A stretch of 64,000 nucleotides of DNA from Escherichia virus TH57. The notes below the pieces were generated by a model. It did not search any database and was not told the origin of the DNA. It saw only the letters and a list, made by a program, of their open reading frames with translations. The position numbers were made by a program, and so were the translations under genes. The stretch is from sequence record MT446422.1. One strand, written 5' to 3'. Below are positions 8,429 to 18,270 of the stretch, piece by piece (position 1 is the stretch's first letter; the number at the start of each line of letters is the position of its first letter).

Positions 8429-9444
8429 AAATTTTAAATTTAGGTGATTGGCACTTGGGTGTCAAAGCTGACGACCCATGGGCTCAAAACATTCAACGTG
8501 ATGGTATTTTACAGGCGATTGCATATTCCAAAGCGAATGGAATTAAAGTTTGGATTCAATATGGTGATATTTTTGACGTCCGTAAGGCCGTAACGCATAA
8601 GACAATGGAATTCAGCCGCGAGATTATGGAACTCCTTCGTGAAGCAGGAATTACTATGCACACGATAGTCGGGAACCATGACATGAATCTGAAGAATAAG
8701 ATTCATCCTAATGCTATCACCGAACTCCTGAATAAGTATGACCATGTTAAAATCTACGACAAGCCAACGACTGTTGATTTTGACGGTTGTCAGATTGATA
8801 TGATTCCATGGATGTGTGACGAGAACGCGACTGACATTCATCAACACATCAAAACTTCTGGTGCCGAATATTGCATCGGTCACTGGGAATTAACCGGGTT
8901 TTATTTCTATAAAGGATTGAAATCCCACGGGCTTGAGCCTGATTTCCTTAAGAAGTACAAGCAAGTTTGGTCTGGGCACTTCCATACCATTTCAGAAGCT
9001 GCGAACGTTAAGTACATAGGAACGCCATGGACATTAACAGCAGGTGATGAGAATGACCCGCGCGGATTCTGGGAATTTGATACAGAAACCGAAGAGATGA
9101 AATTTATTCCGAATGAAACCACCTGGCATCGGAAGATTTTTTATCCAAACGAAACTATTAACTACGACGACTTCAAAGACTTATCAGTCCGTGTTATTGT
9201 AGAAAAAGTCGATAAAGACCTGACCAAGTTCGAATCTGAATTAGAAAAGCGTGTACATGAATTGCGTGTTGTCAATAAGGTTGATAACAGTGTTGATACG
9301 ACTGACTCCGAAGAAGAGTTAGACATAAAACGCTTAACTGATATGATGGCAGAATATATTGATGCATTACCTGACACCAATGAGAAAGAATCAAAAGCTC
9401 TTAAAGCATTGGCCAACAAATTATATCTTGAGGTGCAACCGTGA
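8425..9444 (+). CDS. 47: Recombination/repair nuclease subunit gp47 (Mre11-like)
   Basis: From MKILNLGDWHLG the product is 339 aa, as in T4 gp47. Phosphoesterase motifs GDWH, GDIFD, GNHD. The track start 8398 is an upstream extension. Confidence 0.93.
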   Translation: MKILNLGDWHLGVKADDPWAQNIQRDGILQAIAYSKANGIKVWIQYGDIFDVRKAVTHKTMEFSREIMELLREAGITMHTIVGNHDMNLKNKIHPNAITELLNKYDHVKIYDKPTTVDFDGCQIDMIPWMCDENATDIHQHIKTSGAEYCIGHWELTGFYFYKGLKSHGLEPDFLKKYKQVWSGHFHTISEAANVKYIGTPWTLTAGDENDPRGFWEFDTETEEMKFIPNETTWHRKIFYPNETINYDDFKDLSVRVIVEKVDKDLTKFESELEKRVHELRVVNKVDNSVDTTDSEEELDIKRLTDMMAEYIDALPDTNEKESKALKALANKLYLEVQP

Positions 9445-9704
9445 GACTTTATGATTTTAATGAAGCGGGGCTTGAACATATCCGCGAATGTGATGTGGTT
9501 GACGACGATAATCAACCGAATACTATTAAGTATTGGTTTGAAGCTATCACTGACCGGGAAACCGGTCAACTTATCAAAGTCTATGTAGTCACCGATTGGG
9601 CCGTAGAATTTAGTTTTAATGTAATGGAAGATGATACTCCAGAAACATTAATTCATATGGCTGAATCATGCATCAAGGATGCTTATAATGATGAAAATGT
9701 ATAA
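9441..9704 (+). CDS. hypothetical protein (87 aa), position of T4 46.2/46.1
   Basis: ORF track. GTGA overlap with the gene 47 stop. Confidence 0.5.
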   Translation: MRLYDFNEAGLEHIRECDVVDDDNQPNTIKYWFEAITDRETGQLIKVYVVTDWAVEFSFNVMEDDTPETLIHMAESCIKDAYNDENV

Positions 9705-9903
9705 ACATGATTTTCATATTGGCGATGGCTGGTTCGGTAATGTAGAATGGGACGTGGATGGTTCTTGGTATACCGGAACTATGTATGTCACTTCTGAATA
9801 TTCTGAAGGTGTTTCATGGGTCATGGAACTTGACGACGTGTTTGCTTCTTCCGAAGAAATGCTAGAATATGCTGAACAAACAATTCGTGAGAACAATACA
9901 TGA
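9679..9903 (+). CDS. hypothetical protein (about 70 aa), position of T4 46.1
   Basis: ORF track. Several possible ATGs (9679, 9688, 9691, 9697). ATGA overlap with gene 46. Confidence 0.5.
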   Translation: MLIMMKMYKHDFHIGDGWFGNVEWDVDGSWYTGTMYVTSEYSEGVSWVMELDDVFASSEEMLEYAEQTIRENNT

Positions 9904-11582
9904 AAACGTTTAAGCTTAAGAAAGTTATCTATAAAAATATTATGTCGGTTGGTGCTCAACCGATTACTGTTGAACTGGATAAAGTCCAGAAAACTCTTGT
10001 AACTGGCAAGAATGGCGCAGGGAAATCTACGTTCCTTGAAGCGGTTACCTTTGCTATGTTCGGTAAGCCTTTCCGTGATGTAAAGAAAGGTCAGCTGATT
10101 AACTCGAGCAACAAAAAAGATATGCTCGTTGAATTGTGGATGGAATATGATGGAAAAGAATACTATATCAAACGCGGGCAAAAACCCAATGTTTTTGAAA
10201 TCTCTTGTGGCGGTAAACGTCTTGATGAATCTGCCAGCAGTAAAGACTTCCAAGCGGAATTTGAACAGCTTATCGGAATGTCATACGCAAGCTTCAAACA
10301 AATTGTCGTACTCGGCACAGCTGGATATACCCCTTTTATGGGCCTATCCACTCCTGCCAGAAGAAAGCTTGTCGAAGACCTTTTAGAGGTTTCTGTACTG
10401 GCCGATATGGATAAGCTGAACAAATCTCTTATCCGCGAAGTCAATAGCCAAATCCAGGTGATGGATGTACAGCATGACGGTATCGTTCAACAGATTAAAA
10501 TCTATCAGGACAACGAAGACCGTCAAAGAAAATTGTCAGGCGATAATCTGTTGCGACTGCAAACGATGTATGATGAACTTGCCACAGAAGCACGTGGAAT
10601 CAAGGCAACTATCGAAGAAGCAACGACAAGACTGACCGAGATAATCTTGGGAGAAGACCCTGAGCACGAACTCACAAAGTTAAAGCAGGAATCATTCCTG
10701 ATTAAATCGAAGATTGACGATTATCGAAAGGTTGTTGGTCTGTACGAGAAAGGTGGTTGTTGTCAGACCTGTGCCAGTCAGTTGCATCCAGGAGACCCTA
10801 TTGTCGCCAGGATTGAGTCAAAGATTGAAGAATGTAATGCATCGGCTGATAAGCATAAAGCTCGCCAGAATGCTGTTCAGGAGCAATTTGATGCGTATAC
10901 CAAGGCAAGACAAAACCAGCGTACAATAGCTCAAGACATTCAAACTAAGAAACAAACCTTAGTCCAGACTGTCGAAAAAGCTAAAAAGGTTAAAGCATTA
11001 ATCGAGCAAGCCAAGTCAGAATTCATTGACCATGCAGCAGACATTAAAATGCTTCAAGACCAGCTTGATAAAATAGTCAAACAGAAATCTGACCTTGTGA
11101 TGGAAAAATATCAACGTGGTATCCTAACGGATATGTTGAAAGATTCTGGTATCAAGGGCGCGATTATTAAGAAATATATTCCTATCTTTAATAAGCAGAT
11201 AAACGCTTATCTTAAAGTTATGGAAGCTGATTATAGCTTTACGTTAGATGAAGAGTTCAACGAAACGATTAAATCTCGTGGACGTGAAGACTTTAGCTAT
11301 GCATCATTTAGCCAGGGTGAAAAAGCTCGTATAGATATTGCATTGCTGTTTACATGGCGCGATATTGCTGCGAAAGTATCTGGTGTTAATATTAACACAT
11401 TGATTCTGGATGAAGTTTTTGACTCGGCCACTGATGTAGAGGGTGTTAAAGCAATTGCTACCATCCTGAACAAATTGGAAGACACCAACATTTTTATTAT
11501 CAGTCACCGAGACCATGACCCGGAAGCATACGGGCAACATCTCCAGATGAAAAAAGTTGGTCGATTCACCGTTATGGAATAA
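9900..11582 (+). CDS. 46: Recombination/repair ATPase subunit gp46 (Rad50/SbcC-like)
   Basis: 560 aa, as in T4 gp46. Walker A GKNGAGKST, central coiled coil with a CCQTC zinc hook, signature SFSQGEKARIDIAL, Walker B LILDE. Confidence 0.95.
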   Translation: MKTFKLKKVIYKNIMSVGAQPITVELDKVQKTLVTGKNGAGKSTFLEAVTFAMFGKPFRDVKKGQLINSSNKKDMLVELWMEYDGKEYYIKRGQKPNVFEISCGGKRLDESASSKDFQAEFEQLIGMSYASFKQIVVLGTAGYTPFMGLSTPARRKLVEDLLEVSVLADMDKLNKSLIREVNSQIQVMDVQHDGIVQQIKIYQDNEDRQRKLSGDNLLRLQTMYDELATEARGIKATIEEATTRLTEIILGEDPEHELTKLKQESFLIKSKIDDYRKVVGLYEKGGCCQTCASQLHPGDPIVARIESKIEECNASADKHKARQNAVQEQFDAYTKARQNQRTIAQDIQTKKQTLVQTVEKAKKVKALIEQAKSEFIDHAADIKMLQDQLDKIVKQKSDLVMEKYQRGILTDMLKDSGIKGAIIKKYIPIFNKQINAYLKVMEADYSFTLDEEFNETIKSRGREDFSYASFSQGEKARIDIALLFTWRDIAAKVSGVNINTLILDEVFDSATDVEGVKAIATILNKLEDTNIFIISHRDHDPEAYGQHLQMKKVGRFTVME

Positions 11583-11606
11583 TGCTTTAAACAAGGATGT
11601 TATAAT
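11583..11606 (+). promoter_or_regulatory. MotA-dependent middle promoter
   Basis: TGCTTTA 11583-11589, 11-nt spacer, TATAAT 11601-11606. Confidence 0.6.
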
Positions 11607-11616
11607 AGAGGCTATT

Positions 11617-11808
11617 ATGGCTGACTTCTTAACCGGGCAGCATTTACTGGCTGTCCCTGAAATTAAACGGTATGTGTTAGTTAATACCTTTTCGAAAGAT
11701 GAACACCTTGTCACTGAACGTGACTTGCAAAACGCTTTCGGTGAAGAATATGTTAAAATAATCGCGAACAGACACAATGCCTGGTTCGCATATGAATACT
11801 TTGATTAA
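11617..11808 (+). CDS. small hypothetical protein (63 aa), position of T4 45.2
   Basis: First ATG downstream of middle promoter 11583-11606. The track ORF begins earlier, inside gene 46. Confidence 0.5.
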   Translation: MADFLTGQHLLAVPEIKRYVLVNTFSKDEHLVTERDLQNAFGEEYVKIIANRHNAWFAYEYFD

Positions 11809-11832
11809 TTGATAATGAATAGAGAGAATATT

Positions 11833-12240
11833 ATGAACAACGTAACTGCTAAAGATATCCAAGTTAAAACCATCCGCACTGACGCTAACCCGCATAACCA
11901 AAACCGTGTGCGCAAATCCTGGGTTCTGGCCTGTGATGAAGCATCTGCTACCCGTCTGCAGTCTCTGCCGCAAGAAATTAAATTCATGCTGTACGGTGTG
12001 ATTGATACTGATGTATCTGATAAGTGGATTGAACTGATGCGTAATCACTACAACGATTCACTGGCTGCTGGTGCTAAACTGGTTATCGACCGTGATGGTT
12101 CCGAACGTCTTGAAGATGATTATTGTGTTAACTCGGACGACCATCTGGTGCAAGCCGGTTCTATTATTGCTGCGCAACTTCCAGAGTATATTGAATCTCT
12201 TCCGGAAGCTATCCGCAAACAAATGGCAGTTGTTGCTTAA
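11833..12240 (+). CDS. rpbA: RNA-polymerase-binding protein RpbA candidate (by position)
   Basis: 135 aa ORF between 46 and 45, where T4 has rpbA (129 aa). No motif confirmed. Start chosen at the ATG behind AGAGAG. Confidence 0.4.
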   Translation: MNNVTAKDIQVKTIRTDANPHNQNRVRKSWVLACDEASATRLQSLPQEIKFMLYGVIDTDVSDKWIELMRNHYNDSLAAGAKLVIDRDGSERLEDDYCVNSDDHLVQAGSIIAAQLPEYIESLPEAIRKQMAVVA

Positions 12241-12270
12241 TTAATTTTGATTTGAATAAAAGGTAATTAA

Positions 12271-12966
12271 ATGAAATTCTCTAAAGACACTATCGCAGTT
12301 CTGAAAAACTTCACCTCCATCTACTCTGGCATTATGCTTAAGCCAGGTAATACCATCCTGACCCGTTCTGTAACTGGAGCGTCATATGGCGAAGCCGAAA
12401 TCAATGATACAATTGACTTTGAAGCTGCGATTTATGACCTGAACGGCTTCTTAAGTATCCTGGGCCTGGTAACTGACCAAGCTGAAGTATCTCTGGCTGA
12501 AGATGCATCGAATATCATTATCAAAGACCAACGTTCAACGATTCACTGGCCTGCAGCAGACCCGAGCACTATCGTGTTCCCTGCTAAGAAGATTCCTTTC
12601 CCGGTAGCTAAGGTTATCTTCGACCTGAAAGGCAGTGACCTGCAGCAGCTTCTGCGTGTGGCTGGTGGTTTGTCTCTGGATACTTTTGCAATCACCAACA
12701 AAGACGGTAAGATTGTTATCCATGGTTATAACCAGCTCGAAGATAAAGAATTAGCGCGTCCATTGTATTCCCTGGTGTGTGGTGATTACGAAGGTGATGC
12801 AGCGTTTAAATTTATCATTAACAAACTGAACATGAAAATGATTCCGGCTGATTACCGTGTTATGCTTTGGGCAAAAGATGATAAATTTGCTACGAAGTTT
12901 GAAGGTACACAAGCAAGCTATGTGATTGCAATGGAACAAGGCTCTAGCCACGAATTCCAAGATTAA
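12271..12966 (+). CDS. 45: DNA polymerase sliding clamp gp45
   Basis: 231 aa. MKFSKDTIAVLKNF..., AIYDLNGFL, WPAADPSTIVFP and LQQLLRV match recalled T4 gp45. Followed by 44/62. Confidence 0.95.
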   Translation: MKFSKDTIAVLKNFTSIYSGIMLKPGNTILTRSVTGASYGEAEINDTIDFEAAIYDLNGFLSILGLVTDQAEVSLAEDASNIIIKDQRSTIHWPAADPSTIVFPAKKIPFPVAKVIFDLKGSDLQQLLRVAGGLSLDTFAITNKDGKIVIHGYNQLEDKELARPLYSLVCGDYEGDAAFKFIINKLNMKMIPADYRVMLWAKDDKFATKFEGTQASYVIAMEQGSSHEFQD

Positions 12967-12971
12967 TAAAT

Positions 12972-12985
12972 GGGGCTTCGGCCCC
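12972..12985 (+). other. intercistronic GC hairpin between genes 45 and 44 (no U-run)
   Basis: GGGGC-TTCG-GCCCC. Followed by AUGAGGAAAAUAAUAAUG, the gene 44 initiation region, which is the RegA target region in T4. Confidence 0.5.
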
Positions 12986-13024
12986 ATGGAGTACAAAGTA
13001 GAAACTAATATGAGGAAAATAATA

Positions 13025-14002
13025 ATGGCAACAGTAATTAACGGTCTAACAGTCAACGAATCCGACTTCATGTGGGAACAAAAATACCGCCCAGGCACAT
13101 TATCAGAGTGTATTCTGCCGGCTCATGATAAAGAAACGTTAGAGGCGATTGTTAAAAAAGGTTTGATTCCTAACTTGATTCTGGTCAGTAGTTCCCCTGG
13201 CACCGGTAAGACAACAGTTGCGAAAGCTATGTGTGCGGATACGAATTCTGATATGTTGTTTGTTAACGGCTCCGATTGTCGAATTGACTTTGTGCGTAAT
13301 GAATTGACTCGCTTTGCATCATCCAAATCAATCGAAGGGCGCCGTAAGGTAATCGTTATCGATGAGTTTGACCGTGCAGGTCTGGCAGAATCCCAGCGAC
13401 ATCTTCGTAGTTTCATGGAAGCTTATTCGAGCAACTGTTCAATCATTATGACCGCGAACAACATCGATGGTATCATCACTCCATTGCAGTCCCGTTGCCG
13501 TGTGATTAAATTCGGTGAGTCAACCGATGAAGACCGTACCTCCATGCTTAAACAGATGATTCATCGTTCAGTGGCTATCTGTAAGAACGAAGGTGTTGAA
13601 ATCGAAGACCTGAAAGTTGTTGCTGCCCTGGTTAAGCATAACTTCCCGGACTTGCGTAAGACAATTAACGAGCTTGACCGTTACTCTGCGAAGGGTGTTA
13701 TCGATTCTGGTATCTTAAGTATCGTGACAAATAATCGCACTCCAATCGATGATGTGATTGATGCCCTTAAGGACCGTAACTTTAAAGTTCTCCGTGGCCT
13801 GGCACCGAAATTTGCAAATGATTATTCAAACTTCATTGCCAAGCTCGCTGATGAAATGTACGGCAAACTGACTGGTGCAAGCATCATCCGTATGTATGAG
13901 ATTGTGGGTGAGAACAATCAGTATCACGGGCTGGCAGCGAACACCGAAGTTCACTTGACTTATCTGTTTGCTCAACTGGCTGGGGAAATGAAATGGCTGT
14001 AA
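13025..14002 (+). CDS. 44: Clamp-loader large subunit gp44 (AAA+)
   Basis: ATG 13025 (MATVINGL...EQKYRPGTLSECILP) aligns with the T4 gp44 start. Walker A SPGTGKTT, VIDEFD, SRC motif (QSRCRV). The track start 12926 overlaps gene 45. Confidence 0.93.
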   Translation: MATVINGLTVNESDFMWEQKYRPGTLSECILPAHDKETLEAIVKKGLIPNLILVSSSPGTGKTTVAKAMCADTNSDMLFVNGSDCRIDFVRNELTRFASSKSIEGRRKVIVIDEFDRAGLAESQRHLRSFMEAYSSNCSIIMTANNIDGIITPLQSRCRVIKFGESTDEDRTSMLKQMIHRSVAICKNEGVEIEDLKVVAALVKHNFPDLRKTINELDRYSAKGVIDSGILSIVTNNRTPIDDVIDALKDRNFKVLRGLAPKFANDYSNFIAKLADEMYGKLTGASIIRMYEIVGENNQYHGLAANTEVHLTYLFAQLAGEMKWL

Positions 14003-14571
14003 GTCTCTTTGATGATGACGTTCAATTAAACGAACATGAGGTTGCGTGGAAATCACGTGACTTTAACAAAATTCAGGAATTGTCCGATTCATACAAAGAG
14101 AAAGCAGAAAATGAATTGTTCGCGATTCTTAATGACATAACCGTTAGCAAAAAACCACGGAACCTGATTCAATCGGAAAACTACAATAAATTCTGGTTGG
14201 AAAACGCATTGAGCCAACATGTCGATTGCATTATGCAGGTGAACGTGATGAACTTAATCGGTTCCGGGTTAACAGACCAACAGCATTATAATTATTTGCT
14301 GCATGCGGTTCCACAAGGCAAACGTTATGGTAAATGGGCAAAGGCTGAGCCGGATGCGGTCAACGTCCAGCTTGTGTTAAAGCTTTTAATGAAATATTAT
14401 ACAATTAATGCAGATGATGCTTTGATGTATATGGAAACATTGAAAGTCAAAGGTAGTCTTAAAGATGTTTTGAAAAAGACAAAAGGTCTGGTAACGGATG
14501 AATTCTTAAAGACCGTTACCAGTAATGTGAAAGAACAAAAAGAAATTAAAAAACAAATATTGGAATGGTAA
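13993..14571 (+). CDS. 62: Clamp-loader small subunit gp62
   Basis: 192 aa. SLFDDDVQLNEHEVAW, AVPQGKRYGKWAK and KNVKEQKEIKKQILEW match recalled T4 gp62. Overlaps the end of gene 44. Confidence 0.92.
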   Translation: MAVSLFDDDVQLNEHEVAWKSRDFNKIQELSDSYKEKAENELFAILNDITVSKKPRNLIQSENYNKFWLENALSQHVDCIMQVNVMNLIGSGLTDQQHYNYLLHAVPQGKRYGKWAKAEPDAVNVQLVLKLLMKYYTINADDALMYMETLKVKGSLKDVLKKTKGLVTDEFLKTVTSNVKEQKEIKKQILEW

Positions 14572-14572
14572 A

Positions 14573-14941
14573 ATGATTGAAATTACATTAAAGCAACCTG
14601 AAGACTTCCTGAAAGTTAAAGAAACTCTGACCCGTATGGGCATCGCAAATAATAAAGACCGTGTGCTGTACCAGAGCTGCCACATCCTCCAGAAGCAAGG
14701 TCGTTACTATATTGTTCACTTCAAAGAAATGCTGCGTATGGATGGTCGCCAGGTAGATATTGATGGTGAAGACTATCAGCGCCGTGATTCCATTGCTCAA
14801 CTGCTCGAAGACTGGGGCTTAATCACTATCAAAGAAGAAGAGCATAATGAATTGTTCGCAGTAACAAACAACTTCCGTGTTATCTCCTTTAAACAAAAAG
14901 ACGACTGGAAGCTCGTAGCCAAATATACAATTGGTAATTGA
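14573..14941 (+). CDS. regA: Translational repressor RegA
   Basis: 122 aa. MIEITLKQPEDFLKVKETLTRMGIANNKD...FKEMLRMDGRQV...KYTIGN is near-identical to recalled T4 RegA. Confidence 0.96.
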   Translation: MIEITLKQPEDFLKVKETLTRMGIANNKDRVLYQSCHILQKQGRYYIVHFKEMLRMDGRQVDIDGEDYQRRDSIAQLLEDWGLITIKEEEHNELFAVTNNFRVISFKQKDDWKLVAKYTIGN

Positions 14942-14942
14942 T

Positions 14943-15158
14943 ATGAAGCATGAAATTGAAACATGCGAACGCCTTAAAGAAATATATGGACTTTCCCCAA
15001 CTCAAACTATTTTTGACCTTTCCGAAGAACTTCAAATAGAATTTCAAAAGGAACTCAAGAAATTATTGCATCCTGGGCAGAGAGTCTTCCAGGCTATGGT
15101 TAGAACTAAAGATGAAAAGGGGAATCCGACCATCGAACGTCGTACAATAGAAATTTAA
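14943..15158 (+). CDS. hypothetical protein (71 aa), position of T4 43.1
   Basis: ATG 14943 two nt after the regA stop. A terminator follows. Confidence 0.5.
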   Translation: MKHEIETCERLKEIYGLSPTQTIFDLSEELQIEFQKELKKLLHPGQRVFQAMVRTKDEKGNPTIERRTIEI

Positions 15159-15164
15159 AGCAAA

Positions 15165-15182
15165 GGGACTTCGGTCCCTTTT
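15165..15182 (+). terminator. rho-independent terminator
   Basis: GGGAC-TTCG-GTCCC followed by TTTT. Confidence 0.7.
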
Positions 15183-15213
15183 GTAGTATAATAGCGTCAA
15201 GTCATAAAACAAA

Positions 15214-15243
15214 AGTCAATCACTCGACTATAAAGGAAACCAA
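15214..15243 (+). promoter_or_regulatory. gp43 autogenous translational operator candidate
   Basis: Hairpin AGTC 15214-15217 / GACT 15226-15229 with the 8-nt loop AATCACTC. The T4 operator loop recalled from the SELEX literature is AAUAACUC, so 7 of 8 match. Then AUAAAGGAAACCAA-AUG. Confidence 0.6.
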
Positions 15244-17958
15244 ATGCAAGAATTTTATTTAACTATCGAACAAATCGGTGACAATCTGCTTGAACGATAC
15301 ATTGACAAGAACGGTCATGAACGTGTTCGTGAAATCCCTTATGCTCCATGCTTGTTTATGCATGCCCGTGAAGACCAGGCTGCAAAGTATACAGACATCT
15401 ATAATAAAGGTTGTGTGAAAAAAGAATTCGATTCCATGCGTGATGCATCCCAGTGGATGAAGCGAATGAATGACATGGGTCTCGAAGCTATGGGTATGGA
15501 TGACTTTAAACTCGCATACTTGTCCGACCGTTACCCGCACGAAATCAAATACGATTCAAGTAAAATCCGTGTGGCTAACTTCGATATCGAGGTGACATCT
15601 CCTGATGGGTTCCCTGAGCCGTCTGAAGCACGTCACCCTATTGATGCCCTGACGCACTATGATTCGGTAGACGATAAATTCTATGTCTTTGACCTTTTGA
15701 GCTCACCATACGCCACTGTGGAGCAATGGTCTATCGATATTGCTGCTAAGCTGCAAGAAGATGGCGGCGATGAAGTCCCCGAAGAAATCCTGGAAAAAAT
15801 TGTTTATATGGCCTTCGATTCAGAAGAAGAAATGCTCCAGCAGTATTTGGTATTCTGGAACGAGAAAACTCCGGTTATGTTGACTGGTTGGAACATCGAG
15901 AAGTTTGATATTCCATATATCTACAACCGCCTTAAAAATGTGTTTGGTGAAGCTACGGCAAAACGTCTGAGTCCACATCGTCGTACAAAAGTTAAGGTCA
16001 TTAACAACGGATTCGGTGAAGAACAAGAAATCATTCAGATTCTGGGTATCTCTGTTCTGGATTATCTGGACCTGTATAAAAAGTTCAGCTTCACAAACCA
16101 ACCATCTTATTCGTTGGATTATGTTGCAGAATCTGAGCTGGGTGTTGGTAAACTCCCGTATGATGGTCCGATTTCTAAACTGCGTGAATCAAATCACCAA
16201 CGGTATATTTCTTATAACATCATCGACGTTTATCGTGTTGTGCAGATTGACCGTAAGCGACAGTTTATTAACCTAAGCCAGTCAATGGGTTATTATGCAA
16301 AAATGCAGATTCAGTCTGTATTCAGCCCAATCAAAACTTGGGATGCGATTATCTTTAACAGCCTGAAGACGCAAAACAAAGTCATTCCGGAAACCAAATC
16401 GCATGTTCGCCAATCGTTCCCTGGTGCATTTGTTAAGGAACCGATTCCGAACGCATACAAATACGTTATGAGCTGTGACTTAACATCTCTGTATCCGAGC
16501 ATCATCCGACAGATTAACATCAGTCCAGAAACGATTGCCGGGTCATTTGCACCTGCGCCGATGTACGAATACATTGCAGGAACTGCTGACCGTCCATCTG
16601 ATACATTTAGTTGTGCTCCAAACGGTATGATGTATTTTAAAGATGTTGCGGGTATTATTCCGACAGAAGTCACCAAGGTGTTTAATCAGCGTAAAGAACA
16701 CAAAGGCTATATGCTTGCGGCTCAACGTAATGGTGAACTGATTAAGGAAGCTCTGCGTAATCCAGGAACTGGTACAACCGAGCCTGAAGTTGATTATCGT
16801 TATGACTTTGATGACAATATGAAAACAACCTTGCATGGTCTGAATCAAACAGTCCTGAATGGTATGTTGTACAAAGCGCAGATGGAAGAAGTTGCTGGTA
16901 TGACCGCACAGATTAACCGTAAACTGCTTATCAACAGTTGTTATGGTGCTCTGGGTAATATCTGGTTCCGTTACTTTGACCTGCGAAATGCAACCGCGAT
17001 TACATCTTTCGGGCAACTTGCATTGCAGTGGATTGAGCGTAAAGTTAACGAATATTTTGATAGTGTTTGTGGTACAAGTGGTGAAACATATGTATTCTAT
17101 GGCGATACTGACTCCATTTATATCCAGTGCGATAACCTGATTAAAAAGGTTGGTGGCGAATCTAAATTCCGCGATACAAACCACCTGGTTGACTTCATGG
17201 ACAAGTTTGCGAAAGACCGTCTGGAACCAGCAATCGATAAAGCTTTCCGTGAACTAGCTGAATACATGAACAACAAACAGCACCTTATGTTTATGGACCG
17301 TGAAGCGATTGCATGTCCTCCACTTGGTTCTAAAGGTGTTGGTGGATTCTGGACGGCGAAGAAGCGTTATGCTCTGAACGTGTACGATATGGAAGGCACA
17401 CGATATGCTGTTCCGAAACTGAAAATCATGGGTCTGGAAACTCAAAAGTCGAGCACACCAAAAGCATGTCAGAAAGCTCTGAAAGAATGTATCCGCCGTA
17501 TGTTGCAAGAAGGTGAAGAATCTCTGCAGACGTACTTCAAGGAATTCAACAAGGAATTTAATGAGCTTAATTACATGACCATCGCAGGTGTATCATCGGT
17601 TAACAACATCCAGAAATATAATGAGGGTGGTTTCCCTGGATTTAAGTGTCCGGCTCATATCAAAGGCGTGCTTGCTTACATGCGTGCAACCAAAGGGCTG
17701 AAGACTGTTCCACAAATCATGGAAGGGGAAAAGGTGTATGTGCTTCCTCTTAAAGTTGGTAACCCGTTTGGCGAAACCGTGATTGCGTGGCCATCAGGGA
17801 TTGAACTCCCGATTGAAATTCGTGACCAAGTCTTGCAGTGGATGGACTACAACACACTGTTCCAGAAGACTTTTGTTAAGCCATTGACAGGGTTCTCTGA
17901 AGCAGCTAAGGTTGATTACGAGAAAAAAGCATCTCTTTTTGATATGTTTGACTTTTAA
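15244..17958 (+). CDS. 43: DNA polymerase gp43 (family B)
   Basis: 904 aa. Exo I FDIEV, DLTSLYPS, KKRY, YGDTDS. The clamp-binding C-terminus ASLFDMFDF is identical to recalled T4/RB69 sequence. Overall closer to my recollection of RB69 than of T4. Confidence 0.98.
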   Translation: MQEFYLTIEQIGDNLLERYIDKNGHERVREIPYAPCLFMHAREDQAAKYTDIYNKGCVKKEFDSMRDASQWMKRMNDMGLEAMGMDDFKLAYLSDRYPHEIKYDSSKIRVANFDIEVTSPDGFPEPSEARHPIDALTHYDSVDDKFYVFDLLSSPYATVEQWSIDIAAKLQEDGGDEVPEEILEKIVYMAFDSEEEMLQQYLVFWNEKTPVMLTGWNIEKFDIPYIYNRLKNVFGEATAKRLSPHRRTKVKVINNGFGEEQEIIQILGISVLDYLDLYKKFSFTNQPSYSLDYVAESELGVGKLPYDGPISKLRESNHQRYISYNIIDVYRVVQIDRKRQFINLSQSMGYYAKMQIQSVFSPIKTWDAIIFNSLKTQNKVIPETKSHVRQSFPGAFVKEPIPNAYKYVMSCDLTSLYPSIIRQINISPETIAGSFAPAPMYEYIAGTADRPSDTFSCAPNGMMYFKDVAGIIPTEVTKVFNQRKEHKGYMLAAQRNGELIKEALRNPGTGTTEPEVDYRYDFDDNMKTTLHGLNQTVLNGMLYKAQMEEVAGMTAQINRKLLINSCYGALGNIWFRYFDLRNATAITSFGQLALQWIERKVNEYFDSVCGTSGETYVFYGDTDSIYIQCDNLIKKVGGESKFRDTNHLVDFMDKFAKDRLEPAIDKAFRELAEYMNNKQHLMFMDREAIACPPLGSKGVGGFWTAKKRYALNVYDMEGTRYAVPKLKIMGLETQKSSTPKACQKALKECIRRMLQEGEESLQTYFKEFNKEFNELNYMTIAGVSSVNNIQKYNEGGFPGFKCPAHIKGVLAYMRATKGLKTVPQIMEGEKVYVLPLKVGNPFGETVIAWPSGIELPIEIRDQVLQWMDYNTLFQKTFVKPLTGFSEAAKVDYEKKASLFDMFDF

Positions 17959-17960
17959 GT

Positions 17961-17990
17961 GTTTACAACGGCAAAGGACTGCCGTATGAT
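17961..17990 (+). promoter_or_regulatory. early promoter (imm unit)
   Basis: GTTTACA 17961-17967, 17-nt spacer, TATGAT 17985-17990. Leader CCATCAACTGATGA is related to the conserved leader family. Confidence 0.55.
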
Positions 17991-18027
17991 TACTCCATCA
18001 ACTGATGAATAACTTAAGGATATTAAA

Positions 18028-18270
18028 ATGGAAACATTAATTGCGGGTACTGTTGTTCTGGGTGCTGGCTCTTTCTTCCTGGCTGCACTGGCATATTTTC
18101 TGCCGTGGATTATCGCACTACTGCGAGGAACCAAAAGTAATTGCGGAATCTTCTTTGTTAACCTCCTGTTAGGTTGGACAATGGTCGGATGGTTTATTGC
18201 ATTTATCTGGGCACTCGTTGCTGAGCGTAAATCAAACGCACAAGTAATTATCATCAAGGAAACCAAATGA
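18028..18270 (+). CDS. imm: Superinfection immunity protein Imm
   Basis: 80 aa, two TM segments. YFLPWIIALLRG...NLLLGWTMVGWFIAFIWAL fits the Imm_superinfect family signature. Directly downstream of 43, as T4 imm. Confidence 0.75.
   Translation: METLIAGTVVLGAGSFFLAALAYFLPWIIALLRGTKSNCGIFFVNLLLGWTMVGWFIAFIWALVAERKSNAQVIIIKETK

Noticed and set aside
9162-11777. - strand ORFs 9162-9569, 9714-10253, 10163-10444 and 11304-11777
   Set aside because: Antisense to genes 47 and 46 and their neighbours. No promoter or SD, and they would break an otherwise unidirectional operon.
16543-17184. 213-aa ORF on the - strand, plus 15259-15540, 15820-16101, 16311-16676 and 17254-17508
   Set aside because: All are antisense to, or off-frame inside, DNA polymerase gene 43. 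No start signals.
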